Shown here: positions 1-8,776 of the stretch, piece by piece
Position numbering within the stretch: the stretch's first letter is position 1
How the letters are laid out: the number at the start of each line of letters is the position of its first letter
Source: Promethearchaeota archaeon
Lineage (GTDB): Archaea > Asgardarchaeota > Thorarchaeia > Thorarchaeales > Thorarchaeaceae
Assembly (NCBI GenBank): GCA_048940825.1
Contig: JBHLOD010000001.1
Coordinates: 1 to 28,763, forward strand
Length of the DNA: 28,763 nucleotides
Direction: 5' to 3'
The notes under the pieces: generated by a model
What the model was told of the DNA's origin: nothing
The model's database searches: none
What the model saw: only the letters and a program-made list of their open reading frames with translations
Program-made: the position numbers and the translations under genes

Positions 1-216
1 ATCACCTTCAGCGATTATGTCCTCGATGGTCATGCTTGTGTCCGAGAAGCTGGCGAAGTACGCCTTCTGGTACTGCTTAAAGGCTTCTAGGTCCATTGCG
101 GGATTTCCGCCGATATGGGCGATGAAGCCGGGGGTGCATAGTTCTACAGGGGTCCTCTCTTGACTATTCGCCCTCTCGAAGAAGCTACGAACGAGTGCCT
201 TGTTATCCTCCATCAT
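1..216 (-). CDS. SnoaL-like ester cyclase / NTF2-fold protein, 3' end runs off the left edge (partial)
   Basis: Not in the ORF track. My translation of 216->1 is MMEDNKALVRSFFERANSQERTPVELCTPGFIAHIGGNPAMDLEAFKQYQKAYFASFSDTSMTIEDIIAEGD. The N-terminal 'NKALVR.FFE' helix and 'F.D...TIEDIIAEGD' are typical of SnoaL-like proteins. A GAGGAGG SD lies just upstream of the ATG. Confidence 0.8.
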   Translation of the reverse strand, partial: MMEDNKALVRSFFERANSQERTPVELCTPGFIAHIGGNPAMDLEAFKQYQKAYFASFSDTSMTIEDIIAEGD

Positions 217-336
217 GACGTCCTCCTCTAGGACTTCAAACCATCATGGTTCACTATAGTTAAATAACCATGGAAAGCTGCATGTCATGAGTCCTTGAGC
301 TGAGCTATCTCGTTCGGGGTGCCACTATTCCACGCT

Positions 337-414
337 CTAGGTGATAGACAGTAGCATGTTGAATTCTGCAGAGGCGTACGAATGAGTAGAAGCCCCAGAC
401 AAGTAGCGATGTCC
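337..414 (-). pseudogene. Displaced remnant of a nadC 3' end (last ~20-25 codons plus stop)
   Basis: 337..400 matches 1106..1169 at 50/64 nt. The remnant reads SGASTHSYASAEFNMLLSIT* versus SGALTHSYESADFNMLLSIT* in nadC. Weak similarity continues to ~414 after a 2-nt indel. No start codon or upstream nadC sequence is recognisable. Confidence 0.85.
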
Positions 415-555
415 TCCTTCTCTAGATGCACATTTCAGCCGCACCACGATTGACTGACAGCCTCTCTCCGCAGCCTGTGCGGGGTGCATTCTCCTCAATC
501 ATGAATGTCTTACATCTTTCTTTCTTGATCTGCGTGGGCGAATACTCAGTCGCAG

Positions 556-999
556 TCATTTTCTGCAGTATTGACGTACGCCTGGAATGTGCAACACAAT
601 CACTTCAATCATTGAGAGAACACCAACCACTATGAAAAGAACAACTTCAGCATTATGCAATAGAAAGACAATGAGTGGAAGAGTCATGAATGTAATTATC
701 ATAATCACTACGCTCACTATGACTCCAAGTTTCCAGCCGCGGATTCTTCTTCTCCACAACAGCCTTGCCGACCAGATATCGACTAGTCCAAAGAAGAAGA
801 ACCATGGCGGTGCTGTCACAGCCATAGCTATGACGTCAGGTCCATTGGGATAGCTGGGCCTCTGTCCATAATTGACGTATAGTATCCAGTTGAGGGTGAT
901 GAGAAGCAGCCCTCTGGTCGCTAGCAGCAGCGCTGCGAGCACAACGCTATCGGGTCTTGTTGAAGTTGCCTTACCTGCTATCTCGGAGATTTCTCTCAA
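556..999 (-). CDS. Hypothetical membrane protein (about 4 TM helices)
   Basis: 147-aa ORF with four hydrophobic stretches and a TTG start after AGGTGG. No family recognised. Confidence 0.6.
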   Translation of the reverse strand: MREISEIAGKATSTRPDSVVLAALLLATRGLLLITLNWILYVNYGQRPSYPNGPDVIAMAVTAPPWFFFFGLVDIWSARLLWRRRIRGWKLGVIVSVVIMIITFMTLPLIVFLLHNAEVVLFIVVGVLSMIEVIVLHIPGVRQYCRK

Positions 1000-1105
1000 C
1001 CACCTGTTTCCGAATACTGAGTATTCGGAAGCTTGACTTTTCTATCTATGGATAAACAGGGGGTCCAACTCCCTCCCAGATTCAGGAAACATCTGCTTCT
1101 TCAGG

Positions 1106-1963
1106 CTATGTGATAGACAGCAGCATGTTGAAGTCTGCAGACTCGTAGGAATGGGTGAGGGCTCCCGATGATATTATGTCCACCCCGCTCTGAGCGAAGT
1201 CTTTGATATTGTCCTCGTCAACCCCGCCAGAAACCTCTAGCAGCACCTTGTCACGCAGCCCTCTCTGCTTCAGGACTTCGTGGACTCCGCCGACATCTTG
1301 AGGGATGAAATTATCCAGCAGGATAATGTCCGCCCCAGCTTCTATGGCTTCAATGGCTTCTTGTAGCGTTCGGACCTCACAGGACACCTTCTTACTGAAG
1401 GAAACACGTTCACGGGCTGCTTTCACTGCACTGGTGACTCCTCCAGTCATGGCGACATGGTTGTTCTTGATCAGTATCATGTCGTCGAGAGCATATCGAT
1501 GGGTGTCTCCACCTCCTATCTGGACAGCACGTTTTTCGAAGTATCTGAAACCGGGCGTGGTCTTTCTCGTGGCTGCTACCCTGACTTTTGGATTCATCTC
1601 CCTTGCAGCGTGCACCATCTTGTAGACCTTTGTAGCAATGCCGCTCATTCGCATCACGATGTTCAGACATACACGTTCCACGCCTAGGAGTGTCCGGGCC
1701 CTTCCTCTCAGCAGCACGATTGGTTCTTGAGGTGATACCCAGTTGCCCTCGAACGCAGAAACCTCATAGTCAAGACCGCTAATCTCTGCTATGGCAATTA
1801 TCTCTTGAACTCCGGCCAGTACTGCATTGCCCTTTGAGAAGATTGTGCCTACTCCAGTTGCATCGGGAGGGACTGTTATCTCTGAAGTCAAATCGCCAGA
1901 CCTTATGTCCTCTTGAAGGTAGCTCTTCAATGTTTCAATCGCTGAGGGGGGAAGTTTCGCCAT
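1106..1963 (-). CDS. nadC: Nicotinate-nucleotide pyrophosphorylase (quinolinate phosphoribosyltransferase)
   Basis: Motifs 'EDI.SGDLTS', 'ERVCLN...RMSGIAT', 'ATRKTTPG.R.FEK.AV..GGG.THR..L.D.ILIK.NH', 'GADIILLDN', 'EVSGG', 'GALTHS'. Confidence 0.97.
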   Translation of the reverse strand: MAKLPPSAIETLKSYLQEDIRSGDLTSEITVPPDATGVGTIFSKGNAVLAGVQEIIAIAEISGLDYEVSAFEGNWVSPQEPIVLLRGRARTLLGVERVCLNIVMRMSGIATKVYKMVHAAREMNPKVRVAATRKTTPGFRYFEKRAVQIGGGDTHRYALDDMILIKNNHVAMTGGVTSAVKAARERVSFSKKVSCEVRTLQEAIEAIEAGADIILLDNFIPQDVGGVHEVLKQRGLRDKVLLEVSGGVDEDNIKDFAQSGVDIISSGALTHSYESADFNMLLSIT

Positions 1964-1979
1964 AGTATTTCACATCTCG

Positions 1980-2609
1980 CTAGCTCCTAGAATGTCTAGG
2001 GTTTCTCACAATCTCTCCCCGGGGGGAAGTTTCACCGAATAGCTCGGCCTGGAATGCATTGAACTCAGTACCTAGGTCCCTCCAGAGGTCTTTGTGGAAG
2101 CCTGCCTTATTGCAGGTGTGCTCAAGGAAAGTCATCGTATCCCAGCCGTACTCTACGGCAACCTGAGGGAGAAGTAGTCCGCGCATCATTCCTCTGCTGG
2201 CAATCAGTCCATCTCTGCCGACTTTCACCAACTCAAGGAGCTCGTCAGGACTGGAGTATTCGAGTCTACTTGGTGGAGTTAGGACACTGAGTTCAACCAC
2301 AATCTTGTCCAGCTCTTCAGGACTCACGGGCCTGAATCTTGGATCATGGACTGCCGCATCGATGGCTGAATCGACCGTGGCCTCAATCAGAGGTTGAGTT
2401 GGATAAGGCCGACCAATACATCCCCGGAGCCTGACATGAGCGCCATCCACTACATTGAGAGTCACAAACACCCCCGACTTCTCTACTAGGTTGGGAGAAG
2501 CACCGTCTGGAATGCTGGGTCTGGTTTCGCTCTTCACGTATTCATCAACAGTCCGCCTTGCCAATCTCACGAGAAATGTACCTTCTTCGTCAGAGTAAGC
2601 ATGGTCCAA
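1980..2609 (-). CDS. AMMECR1 domain protein (AmmeMemoRadiSam protein A family)
   Basis: 'GVFVTL...LRGCIG', 'A..DPRF.PV...EL', 'ELSVLT', 'GRDGLI', 'GLLLPQV..EYGW', 'C.KAG'. TTG start preceded by GGTGG. Confidence 0.93.
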   Translation of the reverse strand: MDHAYSDEEGTFLVRLARRTVDEYVKSETRPSIPDGASPNLVEKSGVFVTLNVVDGAHVRLRGCIGRPYPTQPLIEATVDSAIDAAVHDPRFRPVSPEELDKIVVELSVLTPPSRLEYSSPDELLELVKVGRDGLIASRGMMRGLLLPQVAVEYGWDTMTFLEHTCNKAGFHKDLWRDLGTEFNAFQAELFGETSPRGEIVRNPRHSRS

Positions 2610-2661
2610 TCAGTATCCACCGGACTTTCCCAACACTTTCGACCGGTTATGCTTTTCGCAT

Positions 2662-3984
2662 TCACCACACTTTGCGTACAGGCACTCTGCCGACCATTCC
2701 GGGGTCAACCAAGAACTCGCCGCGGTCGTAGACGATGTTTCCTTCTACTATGGTGATTATTGGACGAGCAGAAACGGGTCTCCCTTCAAAGGGAGTGACC
2801 TTGGCCATCGATTGGAAATCAGCACCACGAATCTCCCACTCTTCCTTGGCGACGACTACGATATCAGCATCATACCCCTGCGTCAGTACGCCCTTGCCGT
2901 GTATATTCAGTATCTTGGCGGGGCCAGAACAACAGAATCGAAGATAGTCAATCCAGCTAATGTTGCCCTTGAACACCTCTGTCAACATCAATGGAACAGT
3001 GGTTTCGAGTCCAGGGGTTCCTGCCTCTGCCTCAAGGAACGACACCGTCTTCTCATCCTTCCTATGTGGGGCATGGTCTGATGCAACACAGTCGATAGCA
3101 CACGTCTTTGTGAGTCCCTCTAATAGTGCCACATTGTCATAGGGGGACCTTAGTGGAGGAAGCATCTTAGCAGTCCCATCCTTATGGGTGAACCCTCCTC
3201 CAGACAAGAAGAGATGATGAGGCGTGACCTCGGCAGTTAGGGTTTCCTCGGCGCGATTCTCAGCTATCAATCGTGCGGTAGTGCCACAGCTGACATGGCA
3301 TACGTGTAACCGCCCTCTTACCTGATCCCTCACAGAAAGAAACAGCTTGAGTGACTTGACCTCACTCTCACAGCTGTGAAGCAGCAGGTAGTCGCTGAGC
3401 GCCTTTGGTTTCTTGGTCCGGGATGCAGCGTCCGGATGCAACAGCAGTGGTATGTTATATTGAGCAGATAGCTTCAGGCACTCAAGCGCTCGTTTCTTCG
3501 TGTACCTAGTGCCTTTGTCAAGAGGCGCATGTGGGTAGACCTTCATTCCAAGAATCTGCGGAAGCATGGTCTTGTCGAAGTCTGCTGTCTTCTTTGGGAT
3601 TCCAGCATAGAAACCAACATTGACGTAACGGTCTATCTCTGCACATGCAATCTTTCCCTCCAAATCTTCGCTGCCAAGTATTGGAGGCTTTGAGTTCGGC
3701 ATGTCTATGACTGTTGTCACTCCTCCCGCTGCTGCAGCCCTAGTTCCGGTTTCAAAGGTTTCCTTGTCGGACTCACCCAAATCTCGAAGATGAACATGAA
3801 TATCAATTGCCCCCGGAAGGATATGCATTCCCTCGCAATCTATTCTCTCTGAGGCGGTAGGCTCCCTGCCCACAGCATAAATGCCCTCTATCTTGCCGGA
3901 GCTTACTCCGACAGAACGGACAACTTCTCTACCCTCCAGTATCACTATGCCATTGCTGAGAAGCAGGTCCACAGGCATGTCCAT
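2662..3984 (-). CDS. pyrC: Dihydroorotase (amidohydrolase superfamily, type I / allantoinase-like)
   Basis: 'PGAIDIHVHLRD.G...ETF.TGT.AAAAGGVTTV.DMPN..PP', 'EVTPHHL', 'K..PPLR', 'ASDHAPH', 'G..GLET', 'K.TPFEG'. Confidence 0.85.
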   Translation of the reverse strand: MDMPVDLLLSNGIVILEGREVVRSVGVSSGKIEGIYAVGREPTASERIDCEGMHILPGAIDIHVHLRDLGESDKETFETGTRAAAAGGVTTVIDMPNSKPPILGSEDLEGKIACAEIDRYVNVGFYAGIPKKTADFDKTMLPQILGMKVYPHAPLDKGTRYTKKRALECLKLSAQYNIPLLLHPDAASRTKKPKALSDYLLLHSCESEVKSLKLFLSVRDQVRGRLHVCHVSCGTTARLIAENRAEETLTAEVTPHHLFLSGGGFTHKDGTAKMLPPLRSPYDNVALLEGLTKTCAIDCVASDHAPHRKDEKTVSFLEAEAGTPGLETTVPLMLTEVFKGNISWIDYLRFCCSGPAKILNIHGKGVLTQGYDADIVVVAKEEWEIRGADFQSMAKVTPFEGRPVSARPIITIVEGNIVYDRGEFLVDPGMVGRVPVRKVW

Positions 3985-4023
3985 TGTGTAGTCACGGCGC
4001 GTTAAGATTGTGTCGCCGAAGTA

Positions 4024-4842
4024 TCACTCAGCACTTTCTGGAACCTTGAATTTGTTTGCAATGAACCGAGTGAAATCAGTTGCACTGATGATTCCAACCA
4101 GTCTGTTTCCTTTGCCAACTACAGGCAGAGTGTTCAGGTAGGCATCAAGCATCTTCTCTACGGCAACGGCAATGGAGTCATCTTCAGAAACTAGTGGTGG
4201 CTGCTGAATCATTGCGTCGACGACACGAATCTGTCTTACCTGATTCTTCCGGTGCTTATCAGGCACCTCTACACTGAAGCGGGCCATCGCCTCAGCCACT
4301 GCCCGCTCGGTAAGTAGTCCTAGCACGCGTCCGCCATCAGTCACTGGGAGTCCCGAGTAACCTTTGTCGAGCATCTCACTTCTCGCTTTTACCAGTCGTT
4401 CAACTGGATTGACAACCAAGAGATCCTTCGTAGTCATGAGGTCGCCTACTGTTACATTTTCGAACTTCTTCACGATAGAGGACAGTTCTGTCTTGGAGAT
4501 CACGCCGACAAGCTTGTCCTCCTCATCGACCACTGGGCAGCCGCTCATCCCCCTGTCTATCATCAACTCTGCTACATCGGTAATCTCATCATCCGGAGAC
4601 ACCGTGATTACAGTGTCAGTCATGGCGCTTGAAACATGAAGCCTTCCGATTGAGACCGCCACCACTTTACTAACACTCAGTCTATCCGCAATGTCGGCAT
4701 ATGTGAGAATCCCGCGAACCCCGCCATTTTGAGTAACAACAAGCCTGTCTACACGCTTCTTGGCCAGAAGCTCAAGTGCCCGAGACAGTCTCTGATCTTT
4801 GTCTATTGTCACGGGCTTCGCCATAATCTGACTTACCTTCAA
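4024..4842 (-). CDS. CBS-domain protein (four CBS domains)
   Basis: Four CBS repeats (e.g. 'V.QIM.KPVTI', 'SG.PV.D..KLVGVIS'). I moved the start from the track's 4887 to TTG at 4842, giving MKVSQIM. It sits 8 nt after a GGAGG, a spacing similar to that at tfrA. Confidence 0.88.
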   Translation of the reverse strand: MKVSQIMAKPVTIDKDQRLSRALELLAKKRVDRLVVTQNGGVRGILTYADIADRLSVSKVVAVSIGRLHVSSAMTDTVITVSPDDEITDVAELMIDRGMSGCPVVDEEDKLVGVISKTELSSIVKKFENVTVGDLMTTKDLLVVNPVERLVKARSEMLDKGYSGLPVTDGGRVLGLLTERAVAEAMARFSVEVPDKHRKNQVRQIRVVDAMIQQPPLVSEDDSIAVAVEKMLDAYLNTLPVVGKGNRLVGIISATDFTRFIANKFKVPESAE

Positions 4843-4887
4843 TTCACAGTCCTCCCTATACTGAACCATCTGTAATGTTTCAACCAA

Positions 4888-5451
4888 CTAACTTCGGCAC
4901 ACTTCACACAAGTACCGTCCGTCCTCCAACGCCAAATCCGTGGAATACTCGCCACAGCTATCACATATACCTCCGAAGGCTATTAGTTCATCCTCTTCCT
5001 CCTCGTTTCTGGCACCATGATTATTCTGTAACCTTAGCGACTCGACCAAGATGTCGATGAGCTCAGGAGACCAGCGCAGGATATCCCTTGATGTGATGAT
5101 CCCGGCTAGAGAGTCATTTTTCAGCACAGCCACTCTTCGTATATTACTCCTTGCCATGACACGCATTGCTTCAGTAAGAGCTGTGTCAGGGGTGACATGC
5201 ACAAGGGGCGAACTCATTATTTCCCTTGCCTTGGTTGTCTTTGGATTCCTCTCCTCCGCAACCACTCTGCGGGCGATGTCCGATTCTGTTATGATTCCAA
5301 CTGGGCGTGTTCTGTCCATTATAATGATGGAACCAATGTCCATCTCGGACATTCGTGAGGCCACATCACGTACTATTGCATCTGGTGGCATCGTGACCAC
5401 ATTTACTTCCATCAAATCTCTGACGGACATGGAATGCGTACGGCTAGACAT
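4888..5451 (-). CDS. CBS-domain pair protein with C-terminal zinc ribbon
   Basis: Two CBS domains, an acidic linker, then 'GICDSCGEY...RYLCEVCR' (2x CxxC). This architecture is common in archaea. Confidence 0.88.
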   Translation of the reverse strand: MSSRTHSMSVRDLMEVNVVTMPPDAIVRDVASRMSEMDIGSIIIMDRTRPVGIITESDIARRVVAEERNPKTTKAREIMSSPLVHVTPDTALTEAMRVMARSNIRRVAVLKNDSLAGIITSRDILRWSPELIDILVESLRLQNNHGARNEEEEDELIAFGGICDSCGEYSTDLALEDGRYLCEVCRS

Positions 5452-5619
5452 CGAAAGTACCTCGGCGCTTCAGAAAGCTGATTCAACGCCCAGAGCATCT
5501 GGGCTCTGGGGTGCGTCCTTGACTCCCTCATTCCTGCACGGATTTAAACGTGTCTGTGTTGGCTTGCATTAACACTAAGGCACATCAAACACTCTCTTAG
5601 TGATTCAGAAGGAACATCC

Positions 5620-7632
5620 TCAGGGAGGCTTGATTTTGCCTCCTCCTGCAGGGAGGACACGCATCATATCCTCCTGAGGAATCTGATCAACGAGTTGTGA
5701 TTCTTCCTCAGGCATCAGTCCTTTCAAAGCGTTTGAGATGTTTTTCACTAGCTGCCCCTTCTTCTCTTCACCTGGAAAGACCCTTAGGTAGTATTCAGAG
5801 AGAAGTGAGATTGCAGAAGGAGGCCCGGACACAGGAATCGCGAATTCGTCTTCTATTATCACTCCTACTGCGAGTTCTACAGGAACTGAGCGAATGTAGT
5901 TCTTAGTGCCGTATAACATCACAGCCCCGGACGGTAGGTACTCTCCCGATGGTGGACTGAAACTGACCTGTTCTGGGTTGACCCAGTAGGCATCACCACT
6001 GGACAGCCCATCCTGCCACGCGCGGGAGAAAGTGACTGAGAATTGGGCGGCCTCCTTGAGAGTCTGTTCTCCTGGAGGACTGTCAGCTACCTTCACAACC
6101 ACGTAGGGGGCGCCATGAATAGATGCATGTAGGAACACGTCGTTTGGGTCCATTTGCCGCTTGGCAAGCCTCTCGTTGGTCTTGGCATCACGACCTCCTA
6201 TGACCAGAAAGCCCTCTGAAGATATGAACCATCGAAACTTCTCATACCACCGTTTCTTCCTTACTTTCATTGGCCGGGTTGGCTTTTCGCTGGGTTCGAT
6301 CTTCGTCTTCTCCAATTCCTGGAGTTTCGCTCGTGTCTTCTCAATCTGTCTTTGTGCCCCAATCATCTTTGACTCGGACTTCTTCGCTTGTTCGTATGCA
6401 AGCGATGCATTGTCCTGTGCGTTCTGTCTGATATCAAGGTCCACTTGAGTGCCAGACAGATTCACTATAATCTTGCCTTGAGAGGGTATGATTCTCTCTA
6501 TGCTCTTTGCAGATGTAATTCCCTTCTTCTTGCCTTCCTCAACTCTGTTCATTATCTCTGTCCAAGACAGGCCGTCCGCCCGCGCCTTGGAGATTGTATC
6601 TAGAATCTCTTGGGCAAGCTGAAAGTTCGCGTAAATCATTTCCCCGGATGCTCTGAGACTCTCAGCCTTCTTCTCCAGTCTTAGAATGCTCTCTTCCTGC
6701 TTCTCAATTATCCTCTCCAGTCGTGCGCGCTCTTTGGTATGGGCATCCTGAATCTCCGCTTCTATCAACTCATTATCGGAGACTCCGAAGAAGCTGTCTA
6801 TTGCCTGACTAAACGAAGCAAACGTATCCCCCGGCAACTCACCATATATTTCGAACATGAAGGGGAGGAATGCAACTGAGCTCTGTTCCTCCTCAGAATC
6901 GTCATAGACAACTCGTGGCTCATTGATTCCGCTCTTGAACTTCTCTATGAACTGAAGGAAGCCCCCAGCCAAGTCTTTCATCTCCTGAGAATCCAGGGCT
7001 GACACCTTCGCATCTGGCTCAATTCCGCCGAGAGTGCAAATCTCCTCGCAACTCAATGCATCAAGATTCAATCGACTAGCAAGAGTACGAACAGCACTCG
7101 CATTGGAATCCGCTAGAATCTTCTCGAACGAATCTCTCTCGAGAGCTAGTATGTCAACACCTCGAGGGGGAGGGAACTCATACCTGGCCTTTGGTACTAC
7201 GTCTCGGTCTTTCATCTTTCTATATCGCAAAGCCACGAAGATTGTGTCGTTGGGATCCAGAAGGAGTAGGTTGCCATTTCCAAAGAGCTCGACGACCAAC
7301 TTATGCGAGCTGGATTCGTCGCCAACCTCAATCACGACTATGCGGTCAAGGTCATGCTGAGAAATTGAGAGAACTTTTCTCTCCCGCAGATACTTCCTCA
7401 GTGCGGCGCAGAACTTCGGAGGTACACGCGGAGCAACACGACGGAACTCCGTCAGATGAATCCGATGTCCCACCTGGAAGAGCAGCTGAGATGTTCCACC
7501 TGCGGGCTTGTAGAGCTTGAGCACAAAGACATCCCCATACTGATACACATTCTTGACAAACGAACCTTCTGCGGCCTCTTTCAGCTCTGGTAGAATCAAC
7601 CGGATGTCAGTGTTGCTCATTGTTTCCTTCAT
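5620..7632 (-). CDS. rqcH: Ribosome quality-control factor Rqc2/RqcH (NFACT/FbpA family)
   Basis: NFACT-N 'MSNTDI', 'P..FC..LRKYL', 'Q.DLDRIV', 'ELFG.GN..L'; coiled coil with 'G..IYANF'; NFACT-R 'WYEKFRWFISSEG.LVIGGRDA..NE', 'HA.IHGAP', 'FSRAW'. The start may be at 7620. Confidence 0.93.
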   Translation of the reverse strand: MKETMSNTDIRLILPELKEAAEGSFVKNVYQYGDVFVLKLYKPAGGTSQLLFQVGHRIHLTEFRRVAPRVPPKFCAALRKYLRERKVLSISQHDLDRIVVIEVGDESSSHKLVVELFGNGNLLLLDPNDTIFVALRYRKMKDRDVVPKARYEFPPPRGVDILALERDSFEKILADSNASAVRTLASRLNLDALSCEEICTLGGIEPDAKVSALDSQEMKDLAGGFLQFIEKFKSGINEPRVVYDDSEEEQSSVAFLPFMFEIYGELPGDTFASFSQAIDSFFGVSDNELIEAEIQDAHTKERARLERIIEKQEESILRLEKKAESLRASGEMIYANFQLAQEILDTISKARADGLSWTEIMNRVEEGKKKGITSAKSIERIIPSQGKIIVNLSGTQVDLDIRQNAQDNASLAYEQAKKSESKMIGAQRQIEKTRAKLQELEKTKIEPSEKPTRPMKVRKKRWYEKFRWFISSEGFLVIGGRDAKTNERLAKRQMDPNDVFLHASIHGAPYVVVKVADSPPGEQTLKEAAQFSVTFSRAWQDGLSSGDAYWVNPEQVSFSPPSGEYLPSGAVMLYGTKNYIRSVPVELAVGVIIEDEFAIPVSGPPSAISLLSEYYLRVFPGEEKKGQLVKNISNALKGLMPEEESQLVDQIPQEDMMRVLPAGGGKIKPP

Positions 7633-7656
7633 TTCGGTTCTCCATCTGACCGAGCG

Positions 7657-7664
7657 TTTTATAA
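7657..7664. promoter_or_regulatory. Putative TATA box (TTTTATAA) in the short divergent rqcH / EMC6-like intergenic region
   Basis: The only AT-rich box in the 74-bp gap between divergent genes. It reads as a TATA-like element on both strands. Confidence 0.45.
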
Positions 7665-7706
7665 CCTAGTCGATTATCGGGGGCACCAGTCCGTAGGTGC
7701 CAGAAG

Positions 7707-8063
7707 ATGTCTTCAGTAATCAATCCCCTCAAAGGCCTCTTCAAGACCATCTTTCGTAGATGGGAAGACTCCCCAGACAATCAACAGACCTACGTCAAGA
7801 TTTTCTTCGCATTTCTCAGTGCACTCTTCTGCGGTCTTCAGGGCACCAACTATGCTGGCATAAGGGGATTGGTCTTTGGTCTTCTAGTATACGCTCTGAC
7901 TCTTTTCGTGATTGTATACCTACTGGATATAGATCCCAAGGACATTGGTGGCCGTCAAAAACTCATAACTGCAGGACTTCCCACCTATTTGCTACTCTGG
8001 GTGCTTCTCTGGACATTGATCTACTCATTCATTCTGCCTCCAGCAATTCTCGGGGCTCTCTGA
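7707..8063 (+). CDS. EMC6/Rab5ip(OPTI)-like three-TM membrane protein
   Basis: 118 aa with 3 TM helices. The C-terminal 'KLITAGLPTYLLLWVLLWTLIYS' and the TM1/TM2 glycine pattern resemble EMC6 as I recall it ('[22 protein letters not shown]'). Confidence 0.65.
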   Translation: MSSVINPLKGLFKTIFRRWEDSPDNQQTYVKIFFAFLSALFCGLQGTNYAGIRGLVFGLLVYALTLFVIVYLLDIDPKDIGGRQKLITAGLPTYLLLWVLLWTLIYSFILPPAILGAL

Positions 8064-8085
8064 AACCGATGCATCACCTGCAACA

Positions 8086-8589
8086 TCACAGGAACGAGAG
8101 AATCTGTATCAGAATGTAGCCCAATAGCAGAAATGGAATCAGGGGAACAGCCTGGTATTCTTCATCGGAGTTGCTCTTCAAGCCACTCGACCGTTTCGTG
8201 TATGCATAACCGAGCAACAGCATGATGAAGAGCTCCAGTCCGCCACCAATAAGCGCCTCCAGTATCGGCGAATCCCACATAGCTAGCTCAATACCTGGAC
8301 TCACGATGACAACAATCAGCAGCGTTTTTGCATCCGCCCCTCCAATAGCGCCAATTCTGAAGAGGAGATAAGATACAGATGCCACAAAGATGACTGCAGT
8401 CAGGTGGAGCATCGAATTGGCTGTTAAATGGCCGGAGAGGACGACCAAACTGAAACCTAGCAGTCCTCCGATTGCAAGATACTCGTTTCGGACTAGGCGG
8501 CTGCGGAGGTCCATCGCGCTGTAGACAATCAGTAGGGCAAGCGTCACACTGAATACCAGCAAAGACGTGACTGACAGATCCAAAGTCAT
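8086..8589 (-). CDS. Peptidase A24 family (prepilin/preflagellin peptidase-like), short form
   Basis: Multi-TM protein with both catalytic-Asp motifs, 'AMDLRSRLV.N' and 'IGGADAK'. Confidence 0.8.
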   Translation of the reverse strand: MTLDLSVTSLLVFSVTLALLIVYSAMDLRSRLVRNEYLAIGGLLGFSLVVLSGHLTANSMLHLTAVIFVASVSYLLFRIGAIGGADAKTLLIVVIVSPGIELAMWDSPILEALIGGGLELFIMLLLGYAYTKRSSGLKSNSDEEYQAVPLIPFLLLGYILIQILSFL

Positions 8590-8776
8590 CTATGTCTAAT
8601 CCCTGTTCTTATCAACCGACGTGAAGACGTCCGGTCTAAAGTATATAATCCCATCAGAATCCCCGTCGTTCTGCTGTACAGACAGTAAGAAAGATTAGGT
8701 ACGTCTTGGGCTCCGAGCTTGTGCGGGGGATAGATTGAAGCGTCCCCTGAAGCAAACTGACTCAGAAGCTGATACA

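Noticed and set aside
1980-2609. AmmeMemoRadiSam system
   Set aside because: Only the AMMECR1 component is present. There is no Memo or radical-SAM gene in the window.
4843-4890. The TAG of the CBS-Zn gene is followed in frame by an open linker into the 4xCBS gene (possible amber/pyrrolysine readthrough fusion)
   Set aside because: The downstream gene has its own GGAGG + TTG start, TAG is an ordinary stop in many genes here, and in-frame adjacency has a 1-in-3 chance.
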